A DNA stretch of 32,775 nt from a virus (Duplodnaviria > Heunggongvirae > Uroviricota > Caudoviricetes). Both the position numbers and the translations under genes were made by a program. The notes under the pieces were generated by a model. That model worked only from the letters and a program-made list of their open reading frames with translations, made no database searches and was not told the origin of the DNA. How positions within the stretch are numbered: the stretch's first letter is position 1; every line of letters begins with the position of its first letter. This document shows, piece after piece, positions 26,813 to 32,775 of the stretch. The stretch is taken from IMG/VR virus record IMGVR_UViG_2913152634_000001; one strand, 5' to 3'.

Positions 26813-27088
26813 ATGAACAAAGAAAATGTGATTACCCTGGACAATCCGGTCAAACGTGGTGAGCAGGTTATCGAACAGGTCACGCTGATGAAACCCAGTG
26901 CCGGGACGCTGCGCGGTGTCAGTCTGGCTGCGGTCGCGAACTCCGAAGTCGATGCACTGATTAAGGTGCTGCCGCGCATGACGGCACCGATGCTGACCGA
27001 GCAGGAAGTCGCCGCACTGGAACTGCCTGACCTTGTGGCGCTGGCCGGTAAGGTGGTCGGTTTTTTGTCGCCGAACTCGGTGCAGTGA
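26813..27088 (+). CDS. E: tail assembly chaperone E
   Basis: 91-aa ORF between FII and T; ends just after a slippery T6 run. Confidence 0.85.
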   Translation: MNKENVITLDNPVKRGEQVIEQVTLMKPSAGTLRGVSLAAVANSEVDALIKVLPRMTAPMLTEQEVAALELPDLVALAGKVVGFLSPNSVQ

Positions 27089-27240
27089 CGTTTCCGAAAA
27101 ATCTGTCGGTCGATGACCTGATGGCGGATGTGGCAGTGATATTTCACTGGCCGCCATCAGAACTGTATCCCATGAGCCTGACCGAACTCATCACATGGCG
27201 CGAAAAGGCGCTCCGGCGAAGCGGAAACACGAATGAGTAA
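26813..27240 (+). CDS. E+E' tail assembly chaperone made by programmed -1 ribosomal frameshift
   Basis: The slippery site GGTTTTTTG (27059-27067) lies 7 codons before the E stop; the -1 frame is open from there (FFVAELGAVTFPKNLSVDDLMADVAVIFHWPPSELYPMSLTELITWREKALRRSGNTNE) to a stop at 27238-27240, overlapping the start of T. This arrangement is conserved in P2 and other tail chaperone pairs. Confidence 0.65.
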
Positions 27241-29680
27241 CAATGTAAAATTACAGGTATTGCTCAGGGCTGTTGACCAGGCATCCCGCCCGTTTAAATC
27301 CATCCGCACAGCGAGCAAATCGCTGTCGGGGGATATCCGGGAAACACAAAAATCACTGCGCGAGCTGAACGGTCAGGCATCCCGTATTGAGGGATTCCGC
27401 AAGACCAGTGCACAGCTCGCCGTGACTGGTCATGCACTTGAAAAGGCTCGGCAGGAGGCCGAAGCCCTTGCCACACAGTTTAAAAATACCGAACGTCCGA
27501 CACGTGCTCAGGCGAAAGTGCTGGAATCCGCAAAGCGTGCGGCGGAGGACTTACAGGCGAAATATAACCGCCTGACGGATTCCGTTAAACGCCAGCAGCG
27601 GGAACTGGCCGCTGTGGGAATTAATACCCGCAATCTTGCACATGATGAGCAGGGACTGAAAAACCGTATCAGTGAAACCACCGCACAGCTTAACCGTCAG
27701 CGTGACGCACTGGCGCGTGTCAGTGCACAACAGGCAAAACTTAACGCAGTCAAACAGCGTTATCAGGCAGGCAAGGAACTGGCCGGAAATATGGCCTCAG
27801 TGGGCGCTGCCGGTGTGGGGATTGCGGCGGCGGGAACGATGGCCGGAGTTAAGCTGCTGATACCCGGTTATGAGTTTGCGCAGAAAAACTCAGAATTACA
27901 GGCTGTGCTCGGAGTGGCAAAAGACTCCGCCGAAATGGCCGCGCTCCGCAAACAGGCGCGCCAGCTCGGCGACAACACCGCCGCCTCGGCGGATGATGCG
28001 GCCGGTGCGCAGATTATCATTGCGAAAGCGGGTGGAGATGCTGCGGCTATTCAGGCGGCAACGCCGGTCACACTGAATATGGCACTGGCGAATCAGCGGT
28101 CGATGGAAGAAAACGCGCAACTGTTGCTGGGGACTAAGGCATCCTTTCAACTGTCAAATGATGATGTCAGCCATGTGGGCGACGTGTTGTCGGCAACGAT
28201 GAATAAGTCGGCGGCTGATTTTCAGGGACTCAGTGATGCACTGACTTACCTCGGTCCGGTTGCTAGGACGGCAGGTGTAAGTCTTGAACAGGCAGCGGCC
28301 ATGACAGGTGTGCTGCATGACAATAACATCAGGGGGTCAATGGCGGGGACGGGGAGCAGTGCCGTTGTCACCCGATTACAGGCACCGACTGGAAAAGCAT
28401 GGGATGCACTCAAAGAGCTTGGCGTTAAAACCTCGGACAAAAAGGGAAATATGCGTCCGTTGTTCACCATTCTGAAAGAGATTCAGGCCAGCTTTGATAA
28501 ACACAAGCTGGGAACGTCTCAGAAGGGGGAATACCTTAAAACCATTTTTGGTGAGGAAGCCCTGAAATCAGCGAACGTTTTACTGGCAGCGGCAGCAAGC
28601 GGAAAACTGGATAAGCTGACCGCCACGCTGAAAGCCTCGGACGGTAAAACGGAAGAGCTGGTTAAAATCATGCAGGATAACCTCGGCGGTGACTTTAAGG
28701 AGTTTCAGTCTGCTTATGAGGCGGTGGGGACTGACCTGTTTGACCAGCAGGAAGGCGCACTGCGTAATCTCACACAGACGGCCACAAAGTATGTGTTAAA
28801 ACTCGATGGCTGGATCCAGAAAAACAAATCACTGGCGTCAACCATCGGCCTCATTGCCGGTGGCGCACTGGCGCTTACTGGCATCATCGGTGCAATTGGT
28901 CTTGTCGCCTGGCCGGTTATCACCGGCATCAATGCCATCATCGCGGCAGCAGGCGCAATGGGTGCAATCTTCACGACGGTTGGCAGTGCCGTTATGACGG
29001 CCATCGGGGCGATTAGCTGGCCGGTAGTGGCCGTGGTGGCCGCCATTGTCGCCGGGGCGTTGCTTATCCGTAAATACTGGGAGCCTGTCAGCGCATTCTT
29101 TGGCGGTGTGATGGAAGGGCTGAAAGCGGCATTTGCGCCGGTGGGGGAACTGTTCACGCCACTTAAGCCGGTGTTTGACTGGCTGGGCGAAAAGTTACAG
29201 GCCGCGTGGCAGTGGTTTAAAAACCTGATTGCCCCGGTCAAAGCCACCCAGGACACCCTGAACCGTTGCCGTGATACTGGCGTCATGTTCGGGCAGGCAC
29301 TGGCTGACGCGCTGATGCTGCCGCTTAATGCGTTCAACAAATTACGCAGCGGCATTGACTGGGTACTGGAAAAACTCGGTGTTATCAACAAAGAGTCAGA
29401 CACACTTGACCAGACCGCCGCCAGAACTCAAGCCGCCACGTATGGCAGCGGTGGTTATATTCCGGCGACCAGCTCTTATGCAGGCTATCAGGCTTATCAG
29501 CCGGTCACGGCACCGGCTGGCCGCTCTTATGTGGACCAGAGTAAAAACGAATATCACATCAGCCTGACCGGTGGTACTGCGCCGGGGACACAGCTTGACC
29601 GCCAGTTACAGGATGCGCTCGAAAAATACGAGCGGGATAAACGTGCGCGCGCCCGTGCCAGCATGATGCATGACGGTTAA
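27233..29680 (+). CDS. T: tail tape measure protein
   Basis: 815-aa ORF with coiled-coil N-terminal half and Gly/Ala-rich hydrophobic segments; P2 gpT size and position. Confidence 0.9.
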   Translation: MSNNVKLQVLLRAVDQASRPFKSIRTASKSLSGDIRETQKSLRELNGQASRIEGFRKTSAQLAVTGHALEKARQEAEALATQFKNTERPTRAQAKVLESAKRAAEDLQAKYNRLTDSVKRQQRELAAVGINTRNLAHDEQGLKNRISETTAQLNRQRDALARVSAQQAKLNAVKQRYQAGKELAGNMASVGAAGVGIAAAGTMAGVKLLIPGYEFAQKNSELQAVLGVAKDSAEMAALRKQARQLGDNTAASADDAAGAQIIIAKAGGDAAAIQAATPVTLNMALANQRSMEENAQLLLGTKASFQLSNDDVSHVGDVLSATMNKSAADFQGLSDALTYLGPVARTAGVSLEQAAAMTGVLHDNNIRGSMAGTGSSAVVTRLQAPTGKAWDALKELGVKTSDKKGNMRPLFTILKEIQASFDKHKLGTSQKGEYLKTIFGEEALKSANVLLAAAASGKLDKLTATLKASDGKTEELVKIMQDNLGGDFKEFQSAYEAVGTDLFDQQEGALRNLTQTATKYVLKLDGWIQKNKSLASTIGLIAGGALALTGIIGAIGLVAWPVITGINAIIAAAGAMGAIFTTVGSAVMTAIGAISWPVVAVVAAIVAGALLIRKYWEPVSAFFGGVMEGLKAAFAPVGELFTPLKPVFDWLGEKLQAAWQWFKNLIAPVKATQDTLNRCRDTGVMFGQALADALMLPLNAFNKLRSGIDWVLEKLGVINKESDTLDQTAARTQAATYGSGGYIPATSSYAGYQAYQPVTAPAGRSYVDQSKNEYHISLTGGTAPGTQLDRQLQDALEKYERDKRARARASMMHDG

Positions 29681-29694
29681 GGAGGTGACGAAAA

Positions 29695-30174
29695 ATGATG
29701 CTCGCGTTAGGTATGTTTGTTTTTATGCGCCAGACGCTGCCACACCAGACCATGCAGCGTGAATCAGATTATCGCTGGCCGTCAAATTCCCGTATCGGTA
29801 AACGGGATGCCTATCAGTTTCTCGGTGTGGGTGAGGAAAACATGACGCTTGCCGGTGTGCTTTATCCCGAACTGACCGGCGGAAAGCTGACGATGACCAC
29901 GCTCAGGCTGATGGCAGATGAAGGCCGGGCGTGGCCGTTGCTGGATGGCACCGGCATGATTTACGGCATGTATGTCATCAGCAGGGTGAGTGAAACAGGG
30001 AGTATTTTCTTTGCAGACGGCACACCCCGAAAAATTGATTTTACGCTGTCGCTCACCCGCGTTGATGAATCACTGGCCGCGCTTTATGGCGATATCGGTA
30101 AACAGGCGGAATCGCTCATCGGTAAGGCTGGCAGTATGGCGACTAAATTCACGGGTATGACGGGGGCGGGATAA
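29695..30174 (+). CDS. U: tail protein U
   Basis: 159-aa ORF; P2 gpU size and position. Confidence 0.85.
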   Translation: MMLALGMFVFMRQTLPHQTMQRESDYRWPSNSRIGKRDAYQFLGVGEENMTLAGVLYPELTGGKLTMTTLRLMADEGRAWPLLDGTGMIYGMYVISRVSETGSIFFADGTPRKIDFTLSLTRVDESLAALYGDIGKQAESLIGKAGSMATKFTGMTGAG

Positions 30175-31337
30175 TGCTGGATGCACTGACATTTGATGCA
30201 GGCAGTACGCTGACGCCGGATTACATGCTGATGCTCGACAGCAGGGATATTACCGGCAATATCAGCGACCGTCTGATGAGCATGACCCTGACGGATAACC
30301 GGGGCTTTGAGGCTGACCAGCTTGATATTGAACTGAACGATGCCGACGGGCAGGTCGGGCTGCCGGTTCGTGGCGCTGTCCTGACGGTGTATATCGGCTG
30401 GAAAGGTTTTGCCCTGGTATGCAAAGGGAAATTTACCGTTGATGAGGTTGAACACCGGGGCGCGCCGGATGTGGTCACCATCCGCGCCCGGAGTGCAGAT
30501 TTTCGCGGGACGCTCAATTCCCGCCGTGAAGGCTCCTGGCATGACACCACGCTCGGTGCGATTGTTGAGGCGATAGCCTCCCGTAACAGGCTGGAAGCCA
30601 GTGTCGCTCCGTCACTGGCCGGAATTAAAATCCCGCACATCGACCAGTCGCAGGAGTCTGATGCAAAATTCCTGACCCGCCTTGCTGAACGCAACGGCGG
30701 TGAGGTGTCGGTAAAAATGGGAAAACTGTTGTTTCTCAAAGCGGGGCAGGGGGTGACGGCCAGCGGTAAAAAAGTCCCGCAGGTCACCATAACCCGCAGC
30801 GACGGCGACCGCCATCATTTTGCGATTGCTGACCGTGGAGCCTATACCGGCGTAACGGCAAAGTGGTTACACACCAAAGACCCGAAGCCGCAAAAGCAGA
30901 AGGTAAAACTGAAACGCAAAAAGAAAGAGAAACACCTGCGCGCACTGGAGCACCCGAAAGCGAAACCAGTCACGCAGAAGAAAGCGCCAAAAGTACCGGA
31001 AGCGCGCGAAGGTGAATACATGGCCGGTGAGGCTGACAACGTTTTTGCACTGACCACGGTATATGCCACGAAAGCACAGGCCATGCGCGCCGCTCAGGCG
31101 AAGTGGGATAAACTGCAACGGGGTGTAGCGGAGTTCTCCATCAGTCTGGCTACTGGTCGGGCAGATATTTACACGGAAACGCCGGTCAAAGTGTCAGGTT
31201 TTAAGCGCGTCATAGACGAGCAGGACTGGACAATCACTAAGGTGACACATTTTCTGAATAATAGCGGCTTCACGACGTCCTTGGAGCTTGAGGTCAGGCT
31301 TTCTGATGTGGAGTACGAAACAGAAGATGATGAGTGA
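30174..31337 (+). CDS. D: tail protein D (late control gene D)
   Basis: 387-aa ORF overlapping the U stop; P2 gpD size and position. Confidence 0.85.
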   Translation: MLDALTFDAGSTLTPDYMLMLDSRDITGNISDRLMSMTLTDNRGFEADQLDIELNDADGQVGLPVRGAVLTVYIGWKGFALVCKGKFTVDEVEHRGAPDVVTIRARSADFRGTLNSRREGSWHDTTLGAIVEAIASRNRLEASVAPSLAGIKIPHIDQSQESDAKFLTRLAERNGGEVSVKMGKLLFLKAGQGVTASGKKVPQVTITRSDGDRHHFAIADRGAYTGVTAKWLHTKDPKPQKQKVKLKRKKKEKHLRALEHPKAKPVTQKKAPKVPEAREGEYMAGEADNVFALTTVYATKAQAMRAAQAKWDKLQRGVAEFSISLATGRADIYTETPVKVSGFKRVIDEQDWTITKVTHFLNNSGFTTSLELEVRLSDVEYETEDDE

Positions 31338-31418
31338 TGTTTTTATTTTATCTGTTTGTTTTATAAGGATAAATTAACTAAAATGGCACCATCAACAAAA
31401 CCGGAAGAGGTGCTCGCG

Positions 31419-31637
31419 ATGTTTCATTGTCCTTTATGCCAGCATGCCGCACATGCGCGTACAAGCCGCTATATCACTGACACGACAAAAGAGCGTTATC
31501 ACCAGTGTCAGAACGTGAATTGCAGCGCCACGTTCATCACTTATGAGTCGGTACAGCGATACATCGTGAAGCCGGGAGAAGTCCACGCCGTAAGGCCGCA
31601 CCCGTTACCATCAGGACAGCAAATTATGTGGATGTGA
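31419..31637 (+). CDS. ogr: Ogr zinc-finger late-gene transcription activator
   Basis: 72 aa from the ATG at 31419 (MFHCPLCQHAAHARTSRYITDTTKERYHQCQNVNCSATF) with a four-Cys zinc-finger arrangement; last phage gene before the host junction, as in P2. Confidence 0.85.
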   Translation: MFHCPLCQHAAHARTSRYITDTTKERYHQCQNVNCSATFITYESVQRYIVKPGEVHAVRPHPLPSGQQIMWM

Positions 31638-31647
31638 TCACAAAAAT

Positions 31648-31672
31648 AGCCCCTCAGTTGAGGGCTTTATTT
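31648..31672 (+). terminator. candidate intrinsic terminator after ogr
   Basis: Hairpin CCCTCA-GT-TGAGGG followed by CTTTATTT, 11 nt after the ogr stop. Confidence 0.45.
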
Positions 31673-31764
31673 ATGGTCGATGTGGACGCTATGTGGACAG
31701 TGTTTGATATAAATCCATTTATATCATCAGGTTAGGTGCTTTTTTGTGACACCATCCCTGTCTT

Positions 31765-31792
31765 CCCCCACATGATGTGGGGGTTTTTTTTA
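31765..31792 (+). terminator. strong rho-independent terminator in the prophage-host junction region
   Basis: Perfect 8-bp stem CCCCCACA/TGTGGGGG with a 3-nt loop, followed by 9 T; about 80 bp upstream of fieF. May be host-derived (end of the upstream host gene before integration). Confidence 0.6.
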
Positions 31793-31872
31793 TCCTCAAT
31801 TTGCCTGCTGCTTAATGCATTGCAGATGATTTGCTTCCGTTATACTACCGTCAGTTGATAGCGGGAGTATTT

Positions 31873-32775
31873 ATGAATCAATCTTATGGACGGCTGGTCA
31901 GTCGGGCGGCGATTGCTGCGACGGCGATGGCTTCGCTGCTATTGCTGATTAAAATTTTTGCATGGTGGTATACCGGGTCGGTGAGTATTCTCGCCGCGCT
32001 GGTGGATTCGCTGGTGGATATCGGCGCGTCGTTGACGAATTTACTGGTGGTGCGATATTCCCTGCAACCTGCCGACGATAATCACTCGTTTGGTCACGGT
32101 AAAGCTGAGTCCCTCGCGGCGCTGGCGCAAAGTATGTTTATCTCCGGTTCGGCACTATTCCTGTTTTTGACGGGTATTCAACATCTGGTATCTCCAACAC
32201 CGATGACAGATCCAGGCGTCGGGGTTATCGTGACAATTGTGGCGCTAATTTGTACGATTATCCTTGTCTCGTTTCAGCGTTGGGTGGTGCGCCGGACGCA
32301 AAGCCAGGCGGTGCGGGCTGATATGCTACATTACCAGTCTGATGTTATGATGAACGGCGCAATTCTGCTGGCGCTGGGGTTGTCCTGGTACGGCTGGCAT
32401 CGCGCCGATGCTCTGTTTGCATTGGGGATCGGCATCTATATTTTATATAGCGCGTTACGCATGGGATATGAGGCGGTACAGTCATTACTGGATCGCGCAT
32501 TGCCTGATGAGGAACGGCAAGAAATTATTGATATCGTGACTTCCTGGCCGGGTGTTAGCGGCGCTCACGATCTTCGCACGCGGCAGTCAGGGCCGACCCG
32601 CTTTATTCAGATTCATTTGGAAATGGAAGACTCTCTGCCTTTGGTTCAGGCACATATGGTGGCGGATCAGGTAGAGCAGGCTATTTTACGGCGTTTTCCG
32701 GGATCGGATGTGATTATCCATCAGGACCCCTGTTCCGTCGTACCCAGGGAGGGTAAACGGTCTATGCTTTCATAA
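31873..32775 (+). CDS. fieF: cation-diffusion-facilitator ferrous-iron/zinc efflux transporter FieF (YiiP), host gene
   Basis: 300 aa from the ATG at 31873 ([54 protein letters not shown]), recognised as E. coli FieF/YiiP; the track ORF extends 14 codons upstream. The stop is at the last base of the window. Confidence 0.9.
   Translation: MNQSYGRLVSRAAIAATAMASLLLLIKIFAWWYTGSVSILAALVDSLVDIGASLTNLLVVRYSLQPADDNHSFGHGKAESLAALAQSMFISGSALFLFLTGIQHLVSPTPMTDPGVGVIVTIVALICTIILVSFQRWVVRRTQSQAVRADMLHYQSDVMMNGAILLALGLSWYGWHRADALFALGIGIYILYSALRMGYEAVQSLLDRALPDEERQEIIDIVTSWPGVSGAHDLRTRQSGPTRFIQIHLEMEDSLPLVQAHMVADQVEQAILRRFPGSDVIIHQDPCSVVPREGKRSMLS

Noticed and set aside
28714-29403. 229-aa minus-strand ORF inside the tape measure gene
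   Set aside because: Antisense to T; Ala/Ser/Pro-rich low-complexity translation typical of a spurious frame.
30221-31118. Minus-strand ORFs (189, 68, 80, 83 aa) inside gene D
   Set aside because: Antisense to D, with no supporting signals.

Overview
The window is almost entirely one P2-family (Peduovirus-type) prophage, read from the stop codon of int at base 1 to ogr at about 31.6 kb, followed by the host ferrous-iron efflux gene fieF. Gene order and product sizes match the P2 map as I recall it: int, C, cox, small early genes, A, accessory island, cos, Q, P, O, N, M, L, X, Y, K, lysA, lysB, lysC, R, S, V, W, J, I, H, G, accessory island, FI, FII, E/E', T, U, D, ogr. Two AT-rich accessory islands sit at the two classical P2 variable loci. 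The A-to-cos island (the tin/old position) carries a DDE integrase-core gene and, on the opposite strand, a frameshift-split gene for an ABC-type ATPase with a CxxC motif in a coiled-coil insert and a C-terminal Arg-x3-Glu...His domain. I read this as a RloC/PrrC-like anticodon-nuclease-type defence protein, and it is the best candidate for a novel system here. The G-to-FI island (the Z/fun position) carries a 197-aa membrane-anchored orphan protein. The baseplate spike gene V also carries a 1-nt frameshift in a G run, and the tail fibre gene H contains near-identical 132-bp tandem repeats. All calls rest on reading the sequence and remembered P2 biology; no searches were run, and GC statements are by eye.
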